Assembly: GCA_964016885.1 (NCBI GenBank)
Contig: OZ024744.1
Location: forward strand, 128,898,001-128,962,000
Reading direction: 5' to 3'
From: Eledone cirrhosa
Lineage: Eukaryota
Length of the DNA: 64,000 nt
The translations under genes were made by a program, and so were the position numbers. Below the pieces are notes generated by a model. The model was not told the origin of the DNA. It saw only the letters and a list, made by a program, of their open reading frames with translations, and made no database searches. Shown in pieces: positions 36,301 to 48,300 of this stretch. Position 1 is the first letter of the stretch; each line of letters opens with the position of its first letter.

Positions 36301-39300
36301 AGTTGGGGTTAAGTTAAGTTGGGGTTAAGTTAAGTTGGGGTTAAGTTAATTTGTGGTTAAGTTAAGTTGGGGTTAAGTTAAGTTGGGGTTAAGTTAAGTT
36401 GGGGATAAGTTAAGTTGAGGATAAGTTAAGTTGGGGTTAATTAAGTTGGGTTTAAGTTAAGTTGGGGTTAAGTTAAGTTGGGGTTAAGTTAAGTTGGGGT
36501 TAAGTTAAGTTGGTTAGTTAAGTTGAGTTTAAGTTAAGTTGGGGTTAATTTAAGTTGGGGTTAAGTTAAGTTGGGGTTAAGTTAATTTGGGGTTAAGTTA
36601 AGTTGGGGTTCAGTTAAGTTGGGGTTCAGTTAAGTTGGGGTTAAGTTGGGGTAAAATTAAGTTGGGGTTAAGTTAAGTTGCGGTTAAGTTAAAATGAGGT
36701 TAAGTTAAGTTGGGGTTAAGTTAAGTTGGGGTTAAGTTAAGTTGGGGCTAAGTTAAGTTGGGGCTAAGTTAAGTTGGGGCTAAGTTAAGTTGGGATTAAG
36801 TTAACTTTGGGTTAAGTTAAGTTGGGTTTGAGTTAAGTTGGGGTTAATTAAGTTGGGGTTAAGTTAAGTTGGGGTTAAGTTAAGTTGGGGTTAAGTTAAG
36901 TTGGGGTTAAGTTAAGTTGATGTTAAGTTAAGTTGGGGTTAATTTAAGTTGGGGTTAAGTTAAGTTGGGGCTAAGTTAAGTTGGGGTTAAGTTAATTAGG
37001 GTTAAGTTAAGTTGGGGTTAAGTTAAGTTGGGGTTAAGTTAAGTTGGGGTTAAGTTAATTTGTGGTTAAGTTAAGTTGGGGTTAAGTTAAGTTGGGGTTA
37101 AGTTAAGTTGGGGATAAGTTAAGTTGAGGATAAGTTAAGTTGGGGTTAATTAAGTTGGGTTTAAGTTAAGTTGGGGTTAAGTTAAGTTGGGGTTAAGTTA
37201 AGTTGGGGTTAAGTTAAGTTGGTTAGTTAAGTTGAGTTTAAGTTAAGTTGGGGTTAATTTAAGTTGGGGTTAAGTTAAGTTGGGGTTAAGTTAATTTGGG
37301 GTTAAGTTAAGTTGGGGTTCAGTTAAGTTGGGGTTAAGTTAAGTTGGGGTTAAGTTGGGGTAAAATTAAGTTGGGGTTAAGTTAAGTTGCGGTTAAGTTA
37401 AAATGAGGTTAAGTTAAGTTGGGGTTAAGTTAAGTTGGGGTTAAGTTAAGTTGGGGCTAAGTTAAGTTGGGGCTAAGTTAAGTTGGGGCTAAGTTAAGTT
37501 GGGGTTAAGTTAACTTTGGGTTAAGTTAAGTTGGGTTTGAGTTAAGTTGGGGTTAATTAAGTTGGGGTTAAGTTAAGTTGGGGTTAAGTTAAGTTGGGGT
37601 TAAGTTAAGTTGATGTTACGTTAAGTTGGGGTTAATTTAAGTTGGGGTTAAGTTAAGTTGGGGCTAAGTTAAGTTGGAGCTAAGTTAAGTTGGGGCTAAG
37701 TTAAGTTGGGGTTAAGTTAAGTTGGGGTTAAGTTAAGGTGGGGTTAAGTTAAGTTGGGGTCAACTTAAGTTGGGGTTAAGTTAAGTTGGGGTTAACTTAA
37801 GTTGGGGTTAAGTTAAGTTGGGGTTAAGTTAAGTTGGGGTTACGTTAAGTTGGGGGTAAGTTAAGTTGGTGGTAAGTTAAGTTGGGGGTAAGTTAAGATG
37901 GGGTTAAGTTAGGGTTAAGTTAAGTTAGGGTTAAGTTAATTTGGGGTTGAGTTAAGTTGGGGTTAAGTTAAGTGGTGGTTATGTTAAGTTGGGGTTAAGT
38001 TAAGTTGGGGTTAATTTAAATTGGGGTTAATTTAAATTTGTTGTTAAGTTAAGTTGGGGTTAATTTAAGTTGGGGTTAAGTTAAGTTGGGGTTGAGTTAA
38101 GTTGGGGTTGAGTGAAGTTGGGGTTAAGTTAAGTTGGGGTTAAGTTAAGTTGGGGTTGAGTTAAGTTGGGGTTAATTTAAGTTGGGGCTAAGTTCATTTG
38201 GGGTTCAGTTAAGTTGGGGTTAAATTAAGTTGGGGTTAAGTTAAGTTGGGGTTAAATTAAGTTGGGGTTAAGTTAAGTTGGGGTTAAGTTAAGTTGGGGT
38301 TAAGTTAATTTGGGGTTAAGTGAAGTTAGGGTTAAGTTAAGTTGGGGTTGAGTTAAGTTGGGGGTAAGTTAAGTTGGGGTTATGTTAAGTTGGGGTTACG
38401 TTAAGTTGGGTTTAAGTTAAGTTGGGGTTAAGTTAAGTTGGGGTTAAGTTAAGTTGGGGTTAATTTAAGTTGGGGTTAAGTTAAGTTGGGATTAATTTAA
38501 GTTGGGGTTAAGTTAAGTTGGGGTTAAGTTAAGTTGGGGTTAAATTAAGTTGGGGTTAAGTTAAGTTGGGGTTAAGTTAAGTTGGGGTTAAGTTAATTTG
38601 GGGTTAAGTTAAGTTAGGGTAAAGTTAAGTTGGGGTTGAGTTAAGTTGGGGTAAGTTAAGTTGGGGTTAAGTTAAGTTGGGGTTAAGTTAAGTTGGGGTT
38701 AAGTTAAGTTAGGCTTAACTTAAGTTGGGGTTAAGTTAAGTTGGGGGTGAGTTAAGTTGGGGGTAAGTTAAGTTGGGGTTAAGTTAAGTTGGGGTTAAGT
38801 TGGGGTTAAGTTAAGTTAGGGTTAAGTTAATTTGGGGTTGAGTTAAGTTGGGGTTAAGTTAAGTGGTGGTTATGTTAAGTTGGGGTTAAGTTAAGTTGGG
38901 GTTAATTTAAATTGGGGTTAATTTAAATTTGTTGTTAAGTTAAGTTGGGGTTAATTTAAGTTGGGGTTAAGTTAAGTTGGGGTTGAGTTAAGTTGTGGTT
39001 GAGTGAAGTTGGGGTTAAGTTAAGTTGGGGTTAAATTAAGTTGGGGTTAAGTTAAGTTGGGGTTGAGTTAAGTTGGGGTTAATTTAAGTTGGGGCTAAGT
39101 TAATTTGGGGTTAAGTTAAGTTGGGGTTAAATTAAGTTGGGGTTAAGTTAAGTTGGGGTTAAGTTAAGTTGGGGTTAAGTTAATTTGGGGTTAAGTGAAG
39201 TTAGGGTTAAGTTAAGTTGGGGCTGAGTTAAGTTGGGGGTAAGTTAAGTTGGGGTTATGTTAAGTTGGGGTTAAGTTAAGTTGGGGTTAAGTTAAGTTGG

Positions 39301-42300
39301 GGTTCAGTTAAGTTGCCGTTAAGTTAAGTTGGGGTTAAGTTAAGTTGGGGTTAAGTTAAGTTGGGGTTAATTTAAGTTGGGGTTAAGTTAAGTTGGGGTT
39401 AAGTTAATTTGTGGTTAAGTTAAGTTGGGGTTAAGTTAAGTTGGGGTTAAATTCAGTCGGGGTTAAGTTAAGTCGGGGTTAAGTTACGTTGGGGTTAAGT
39501 TAAGTTGGGGTTAAGTTAAGTTGGGGTTGAGTTAAGTTGGGGTTAAGTTAAGTTGGGGTTAAGTTAAGTTGGGGTTAAGTTAAGTTGGGGTTAAGTTAAG
39601 TTGGGGTTAAGTTAAGTTGGGGTTAATTTAAGTTGGGGTTAATTTAAGTTGGGGTTAAGTTAAGTTGGGGTAACGTTAAGTTGGGGGTAAGTTAAGTTGG
39701 GGTTAAGTTAAGTTGGGGTTAAGTTGGGGTTAAGTTAAGTTAGGGTTAACTTAAGTTGGGGTTGTGTTAAGTGGTGGTTATGTTAAGTGGTGATTATGTT
39801 AAGTTGGGGTTAAGTTAAGTTGGGGTTAAGTTAAGTTGGGGTTAAGTTAAGTTGGGGTTAAGTTAATTAGGGTTAAGTTAAGTTGGGTTTAAGTTAAGTT
39901 GGGGTTAAGTTAATTTGTGGTTAAGTTAAGTTGGGGTTAAGTTAAGTTGGGGTTAAGTTAAGTTGGGGATAAGTTAAGTTGGGGATAAGTTAAGTTGGGG
40001 TTAATTAAGTTGGGTTTAAGTTAAGTTGGGGTTAAGTTAAGTCGGGGTTAAGTTAAGTTGGGGTTAAGTTAAGTTGGGGGTAAGATAAGTTGGGGTTAGT
40101 TAAGTTGCGGTTAAGTTAAGTTGGGGTTAAGTTAAGTTGGGGTTAAGTTAAGTTGGGGTTAAGTTAAGTTGGGGTTAATTTAAGTTGGGGTTAATTTAAG
40201 TTGGGGTAAAGTTAAGTTGGGGGTAAGTTAAGTTGGGGTTAAGTTAAGTTGGGGTTAAGTTGGGGTTAAGTTAAGTTAGGGTTAACTTAAGTTGGGGTTG
40301 TGTTAAGTGGTGGTTATGTTAAGTGGTGGTTATGTTAAGTTGGGGTTAAGTTAAGTTGGGGTTAAGTTAAATTGGGGTTAAGTTAAGTTGCGGTTAAGTT
40401 AAGTTGGGGTTAAGTTAAGTTGGGGTTAAGTTAATTAGGGTTAAGTTAAATTGGGGTTAAGTTAAGTTGGGGTTAAGTTAAGTTGGGGTTAAGTTAATTT
40501 GTGGTTAAGTTAAGTTGGGGTTAAGTTAAGTTGGGGTTAAGTTAAGTTGGGGATAAGTTAAGTTGAGGATAAGTTAAGTTGGGGTTAATTAAGTTGGGTT
40601 TAAGTTAAGTTGGGGTTAAGTTAAGTTGGGGTTAAGTTAAGTTGGGGTTAAGTTAAGTTGGTTAGTTAAGTTGAGTTTAAGTTAAGTTGGGGTTAATTTA
40701 AGTTGGGGTTAAGTTAAGTTGGGGTTAAGTTAATTTGGGGTTAAGTTAAGTTGGGGTTCAGTTAAGTTGGGGTTAAGTTAAGTTGGGGTTAAGTTGGGGT
40801 AAAATTAAGTTGGGGTTAAGTTAAGTTGCGGTTAAGTTAAAATGAGGTTAAGTTAAGTTGGGGTTAAGTTAAGTTGGGGTTAAGTTAAGTTGGGGCTAAG
40901 TTAAGTTGGGGCTAATTTAAGTTGGGGCTAAGTTAAGTTGGGATTAAGTTAACTTTGGGTTAAGTTAAGTTGGGTTTGAGTTAAGTTGGGGTTAATTAAG
41001 TTGGGGTTAAGTTAAGTTGGGGTTAAGTTAAGTTGGGGTTAAGTTAAGTTGGGGTTAAGTTAAGTTGATGTTAAGTTAAGTTGGGGTTAATTTAAGTTGG
41101 GGTTAAGTTAAGTTGGGGCTAAGTTAAGTTGGGGTTAAGTTAATTAGGGTTAAGTTAAGTTGGGGTTAAGTTAAGTTGGGGTTAAGTTAAGTTGGGGTTA
41201 AGTTAATTTGTGGTTAAGTTAAGTTGGGGTTAAGTTAAGTTGGGGTTAAGTTAAGTTGGGGATAAGTTAAGTTTAGGATAAGTTAAGTTGGGGTTAATTA
41301 AGTTGGGTTTAAGTTAAGTTGGGGTTAAGTTAAGTTGGGGTTAAGTTAAGTTGGGGTTAAGTTAAGTTGGTTAGTTAAGTTGAGTTTAAGTTAAGTTGGG
41401 GTTAATTTAAGTTGGGGTTAAGTTAAGTTGGGGTTAAGTTAATTTGGGGTTAAGTTAAGTTGGGGTTCAGTTAAGTTGGGGTTAAGTTAAGTTGGGGTTA
41501 AGTTGGGGTAAAATTAAGTTGGGGTTAAGTTAAGTTGCGGTTAAGTTAAAATGAGGTTAAGTTAAGTTGGGGTTAAGTTAAGTTGGGGTTAAGTTAAGTT
41601 GGGGCTAAGTTAAGTTGGGGCTAAGTTAAGTTGGGGCTAAGTTAAGTTGGGGTTAAGTTAACTTTGGGTTAAGTTAAGTTGGGTTTGAGTTAAGTTGGGG
41701 TTAATTAAGTTGGGGTTAAGTTAAGTTGGGGTTAAGTTAAGTTGGGGTTAAGTTAAGTTGATGTTAAGTTAAGTTGGGGTTAATTTAAGTTGGGGTTAAG
41801 TTAAGTTGGGGCTAAGTTAAGTTGGAGCTAAGTTAAGTTGGGGCTAAGTTAAGTTGGGGTTAAGTTAAGTTGGGGTTAAGTTAAGGTGGGGTTAAGTTAA
41901 GTTGGGGTCAACTTAAGTTGGGGTTAAGTTAAGTTGGGGTTAACTTAAGTTGGGGTTAAGTTAAGTTGGGGTTAAGTTAAGTTGGGGTTAAGTTAAGTTG
42001 GGGTTACGTTAAGTTGGGGGTAAGTTAAGTTGGTGGTAAGTTAAGTTGGGGGTAAGTTAAGATGGGGTTAAGTTAGGGTTAAGTTAAGTTAGGGTTAAGT
42101 TAATTTGGGGTTGAGTTAAGTTGGGGTTAAGTTAAGTGGTGGTTATGTTAAGTTGGGGTTAAGTTAAGTTGGGGTTAATTTAAATTGGGGTTAATTTAAA
42201 TTTGTTGTTAAGTTAAGTTGGGGTTAATTTAAGTTGGGGTTAAGTTAAGTTGGGGTTGAGTTAAGTTGGGGTTGAGTGAAGTTGGGGTTAATTTAAGTTG

Positions 42301-45300
42301 GGGTTGAGTTAAGTTGGGGGTTAATTTAAGTTGGGGCTAAGTTCATTTGGGGTTCAGTTAAGTTGGGGTTAAATTAAGTTGGGGTTAAGTTAAGTTGGGG
42401 TTAAATTAAGTTGGGGTTAAGTTAAGTTGGGGTTAAGTTAAGTTGGGGTTAAGTTAATTTGGGGTTAAGTGAAGTTAGGGTTAAGTTAAGTTGGGGTTGA
42501 GTTAAGTTGGGGGTAAGTTAAGTTGGGGTTATGTTAAGTTGGGGTTACGTTAAGTTGGGTTTAAGTTAAGTTGGGGTTAAGTTAAGTTGGGGTTAAGTTA
42601 AGTTGGGGTTAATTTAAGTTGGGGTTAAGTTAAGTTGGGATTAATTTAAGTTGGGGTTAAGTTAAGTTGGGGTTAAGTTAAGTTGGGGTTAAATTAAGTT
42701 GGGGTTAAGTTAAGTTGGGGTTAAGTTAAGTTGGGGTTAAGTTAATTTGGGGTTAAGTTAAGTTAGGGTAAAGTTAAGTTGGGGTTGAGTTAAGTTGGGG
42801 TAAGTTAAGTTGGGGTTAAGTTAAGTTGGGGTTAAGTTAAGTTGGGGTTAAGTTAAGTTAGGCTTAACTTAAGTTGGGGTTAAGTTAAGTTGGGGGTGAG
42901 TTAAGTTGGGGGTAAGTTAAGTTGGGGTTAAGTTAAGTTGGGGTTAAGTTGGGGTTAAGTTAAGTTAGGGTTAAGTTAATTTGGGGTTGAGTTAAGTTGG
43001 GGTTAAGTTAAGTGGTGGTTATGTTAAGTTGGGGTTAAGTTAAGTTGGGGTTAATTTAAATTGGGGTTAATTTAAATTTGTTGTTAAGTTAAGTTGGGGT
43101 TAATTTAAGTTGGGGTTAAGTTAAGTTGGGGTTGAGTTAAGTTGTGGTTGAGTGAAGTTGGGGTTAAGTTAAGTTGGGGTTAAATTAAGTTGGGGTTAAG
43201 TTAAGTTGGGGTTGAGTTAAGTTGGGGTTAATTTAAGTTGGGGCTAAGTTAATTTGGGGTTAAGTTAAGTTGGGGTTAAATTAAGTTGGGGTTAAGTTAA
43301 GTTGGGATTAAGTTAAGTTGGGGTTAAGTTAATTTGGGTTAAGTGAAGTTAGGGTTAAGTTAAGTTGGGGCTGAGTTAAGTTGGGGGTAAGTTAAGTTGG
43401 GGTTATGTTAAGTTGGGGTTAAGTTAAGTTGGGGTTCAGTTAAGTTGCGGTTAAGTTAAGTTGGGGTTAAGTTAAGTTGGGGTTAAGTTAAGTTGGGGTT
43501 AATTTAAGTTGGGGTTAAGTTAAGTTGGGGTTAAGTTAAGTTGGGGTTAAATTCAGTCGGGGTTAAGTTAAGTCGGGGTTAAGTTACGTTGGGGTTAAGT
43601 TAAGTTGGGGTTAAGTTAAGTTGGGGTTGAGTTAAGTTGGGGTTAAGTTAAGTTGGGGTTAAGTTAAGTTGGGGTTAAGTTAAGTTGGGGTTAATTTAAG
43701 TTGGGGTTAAGTTAAGTTGGGGTTAATTTAAGTTGGGGTTAATTTAAGTTGGGGTTAAGTTAAGTTGGGGTTAAGTTAAGTTGGGGTAACGTTAAGTTGG
43801 GGGTAAGTTAAGTTGGGGTTAAGTTAAGTTGGGGTTAAGTTGGGGTTAAGTTAAGTTAGGGTTAACTTAAGTTGGGGTTGTGTTAAGTGGTGGTTATGTT
43901 AAGTGGTGGTTATGTTAAGTTGGGGTTAAGTTAAGTTGGGGTTAAGTTAAGTTGGGGTTAAGTTAAGTTGGGGTTAAGTTAATTAGGGTTAAGTTAAGTT
44001 GGGTTTAAGTTAAGTTGGGGTTAAGTTAATTTGTGGTTAAGTTAAGTTGGGGTTAAGTTAAGTTGGGGTTAAGTTAAGTTGGGGATAAGTTAAGTTGGGG
44101 ATAAGTTAAGTTGGGGTTAATTAAGTTGGGTTTAAGTTAAGTTGGGGTTAAGTTAAGTCGGGGTTAAGTTAAGTTGGGGTTAAGTTAAGTTGGTTAGTTA
44201 AGTTGAGTTTAAGTTAAGTTGGGGTTAATTTAAGTTGGGGTTAAGTTAAGTTGGGGTTAAGTTAAGTTGGGGTTAAGTTAAGTTGGGGTTCAGTTAAGTT
44301 GGGGTTAAGTTAAGTTGGGGTTAAGTTGGGGTAAAATTAAGTTGGGGTTAAGTTAAGTTGGGGTTAAGTTAAGTTGCGGTTAAGTTAAGTTGCCGTTAAG
44401 TTAAGTTGAGGTTAAGTTAAGTTGGGGTTAAGTTAAGTTGGGGTTAAGTTAAGTTGGGATTAATTTAAGTTGGGGTTAAGTTAAGTTGGGGTTAAGTTAA
44501 GTTGGGGTTAAATTAAGTTGGGGTTAAGTTAAGTTGGGGTTAAGTTAAGTTGGGGTTAAGTTAATTTGGGGTTAAGTTAAGTTAGGGTAAAGTTAAGTTG
44601 GGGTTGAGTTAAGTTGGGGTAAGTTAAGTTGGGGTTAAGTTAAGTTGGGGTTAAGTTAAGTTGGGGTTAAGTTAAGTTAGGCTTAACTTAAGTTGGGGTT
44701 AAGTTAAGTTGGGGGTGAGTTAAGTTGGGGGTAAGTTAAGTTGGGGTTAAGTTAAGTTGGGGTTAAGTTGGGGTTAAGTTAAGTTAGGGTTAAGTTAATT
44801 TGGGGTTGAGTTAAGTTGGGGTTAAGTTAAGTGGTGGTTATGTTAAGTTGGGGTTAAGTTAAGTTGGGGTTAATTTAAATTGGGGTTAATTTAAATTTGT
44901 TGTTAAGTTAAGTTGGGGTTAATTTAAGTTGGGGTTAAGTTAAGTTGGGGTTGAGTTAAGTTGTGGTTGAGTGAAGTTGGGGTTAAGTTAAGTTGGGGTT
45001 AAATTAAGTTGGGGTTAAGTTAAGTTTGGGTTGAGTTAAGTTGGGGTTAATTTAAGTTGGGGCTAAGTTAATTTGGGGTTAAGTTAAGTTGGGGTTAAAT
45101 TAAGTTGGGGTTAAGTTAAGTTGGGGTTAAGTTAAGTTGGGGTTAAGTTAATTTGGGGTTAAGTGAAGTTAGGGTTAAGTTAAGTTGGGGCTGAGTTAAG
45201 TTGGGGGTAAGTTAAGTTGGGGTTATGTTAAGTTGGGGTTAAGTTAAGTTGGGGTTAAGTTAAGTTGGGGTTCAGTTAAGTTGCGGTTAAGTTAAGTTGG

Positions 45301-48300
45301 GGTTAAGTTAAGTTGGGGTTAAGTTAAGTTGGGGTTAATTTAAGTTGGGGTTAAGTTAAGTTGGGGTTAAGTTAATTTGTGGTTAAGTTAAGTTGGGGTT
45401 AAGTTAAGTTGGGGTTAAATTCAGTCGGGGTTAAGTTAAGTCGGGGTTAAGTTACGTTGGGGTTAAGTTAAGTTGGGGTTAAGTTAAGTTGGGGTTAAGT
45501 TAAGTTGGGGTTAAGTTAAGTTGGGGTTAAGTTAAGTTGGGGTTAAGTTAAGTTGGGGTTAAGTTAAGTTGGGGTTAATTTAAGTTGGGGTTAAGTTAAG
45601 TTGGGGTTAAGTTAAGTTGGGGTAACGTTAAGTTGGGGGTAAGTTAAGTTGGGGTTAAGTTAAGTTGGGGTTAAGTTGGGGTTAAGTTAAGTTAGGGTTA
45701 ACTTAAGTTGGGGTTGTGTTAAGTGGTGGTTATGTTAAGTGGTGGTTATGTTAAGTTGGGGTTAAGTTAAGTTGGGGTTAAGTTAAGTTGGGGTTAAGTT
45801 AAGTTGGGGTTAAGTTAATTAGGGTTAAGTTAAGTTGGGTTTAAGTTAAGTTGGGGTTAAGTTAATTTGTGGTTAAGTTAAGTTGGGGTTAAGTTAAGTT
45901 GGGGTTAAGTTAAGTTGGGGATAAGTTAAGTTGGGGATAAGTTAAGTTGGGGTTAATTAAGTTGGGTTTAAGTTAAGTTGGGGTTAAGTTAAGTCGGGGT
46001 TAAGTTAAGTTGGGGTTAAGTTAAGTTGGGGGTAAGATAAGTTGGGGTTAGTTAAGTTGCGGTTAAGTTAAGTTGGGGCTAAGTTAAGTTGGGGTTAAGT
46101 TAAGTTGGGGTTAAGTTAAGTTGGGGTTAATTTAAGTTGGGGTTAATTTAAGTTGGGGTAAAGTTAAGTTGGGGGTAAGTTAAGTTGGGGTTAAGTTAAG
46201 TTGGGGTTAAGTTGGGGTTAAGTTAAGTTAGGTTTAACTTAAGTTGGGGTTGTGTTAAGTGGTGGTTATGTTAAGTGGTGGTTATGTTAAGTTGGGGTTA
46301 AGTTAAGTTGGGGTTAAGTTAAATTGGGGTTAAGTTAAGTTGCGGTTAAGTTAAGTTGGGGTTAAGTTAAGTTGGGGTTAAGTTAATTAGGGTTAAGTTA
46401 AGTTGGGGTTAAGTTAAGTTGGGGTTAAGTTAAGTTGGGGTTAAGTTAATTTGTGGTTAAGTTAAGTTGGGGTTAAGTTAAGTTGGGGTTAAGTTAAGTT
46501 GGGGATAAGTTAAGTTGAGGATAAGTTAAGTTGGGGTTAATTAAGTTGGGTTTAAGTTAAGTTGGGGTTAAGTTAAGTTGGGGTTAAGTTAAGTTGGGGT
46601 TAAGTTAAGTTGGTTAGTTAAGTTGAGTTTAAGTTAAGTTGGGGTTAATTTAAGTTGGGGTTAAGTTAAGTTGGGGTTAAGTTAATTTGGGGTTAAGTTA
46701 AGTTGGGGTTCAGTTAAGTTGGGGTTCAGTTAAGTTGGGGTTAAGTTGGGGTAAAATTAAGTTGGGGTTAAGTTAAGTTGCGGTTAAGTTAAAATGAGGT
46801 TAAGTTAAGTTGGGGTTAAGTTAAGTTGGGGTTAAGTTAAGTTGGGGCTAAGTTAAGTTGGGGCTAAGTTAAGTTGGGGCTAAGTTAAGTTGGGATTAAG
46901 TTAACTTTGGGTTAAGTTAAGTTGGGTTTGAGTTAAGTTGGGGTTAATTAAGTTGGGGTTAAGTTAAGTTGGGGTTAAGTTAAGTTGGGGTTAAGTTAAG
47001 TTGGGGTTAAGTTAAGTTGATGTTAAGTTAAGTTGGGGTTAATTTAAGTTGGGGTTAAGTTAAGTTGGGGCTAAGTTAAGTTGGGGTTAAGTTAATTAGG
47101 GTTAAGTTAAGTTGGGGTTAAGTTAAGTTGGGGTTAAGTTAAGTTGGGGTTAAGTTAATTTGTGGTTAAGTTAAGTTGGGGTTAAGTTAAGTTGGGGTTA
47201 AGTTAAGTTGGGGATAAGTTAAGTTGAGGATAAGTTAAGTTGGGGTTAATTAAGTTGGGTTTAAGTTAAGTTGGGGTTAAGTTAAGTTGGGGTTAAGTTA
47301 AGTTGGGGTTAAGTTAAGTTGGTTAGTTAAGTTGAGTTTAAGTTAAGTTGGGGTGAATTTAAGTTGGGGTTAAGTTAAGTTGGGGTTAAGTTAATTTGGG
47401 GTTAAGTTAAGTTGGGGTTCAGTTAAGTTGGGGTTAAGTTAAGTTGGGGTTAAGTTGGGGTAAAATTAAGTTGGGGTTAAGTTAAGTTGCGGTTAAGTTA
47501 AAATGAGGTTAAGTTAAGTTGGGGTTAAGTTAAGTTGGGGTTAAGTTAAGTTGGGGCTAAGTTAAGTTGGGGCTAAGTTAAGTTGGGGCTAAGTTAAGTT
47601 GGGGTTAAGTTAACTTTGGGTTAAGTTAAGTTGGGTTTGAGTTAAGTTGGGGTTAATTAAGTTGGGGTTAAGTTAAGTTGGGGTTAAGTTAAGTTGGGGT
47701 TAAGTTAAGTTGATGTTAAGTTAAGTTGGGGTTAATTTAAGTTGGGGTTAAGTTAAGTTGGGGCTAAGTTAAGTTGGAGCTAAGTTAAGTTGGGGCTAAG
47801 TTAAGTTGGGGTTAAGTTAAGTTGGGGTTAAGTTAAGGTGGGGTTAAGTTAAGTTGGGGTCAACTTAAGTTGGGGTTAAGTTAAGTTGGGGTTAACTTAA
47901 GTTGGGGTTAAGTTAAGTTGGGGTTAAGTTAAGTTGGGGTTACGTTAAGTTGGGGGTAAGTTAAGTTGGTGGTAAGTTAAGTTGGGGGTAAGTTAAGATG
48001 GGGTTAAGTTAGGGTTAAGTTAAGTTAGGGTTAAGTTAATTTGGGGTTGAGTTAAGTTGGGGTTAAGTTAAGTGGTGGTTATGTTAAGTTGGGGTTAAGT
48101 TAAGTTGGGGTTAATTTAAATTGGGGTTAATTTAAATTTGTTGTTAAGTTAAGTTGGGGTTAATTTAAGTTGGGGTTAAGTTAAGTTGGGGTTGAGTTAA
48201 GTTGGGGTTGAGTGAAGTTGGGGTTAAGTTAAGTTGGGGTTAAGTTAAGTTGGGGTTGAGTTAAGTTGGGGTTAATTTAAGTTGGGGCTAAGTTCATTTG

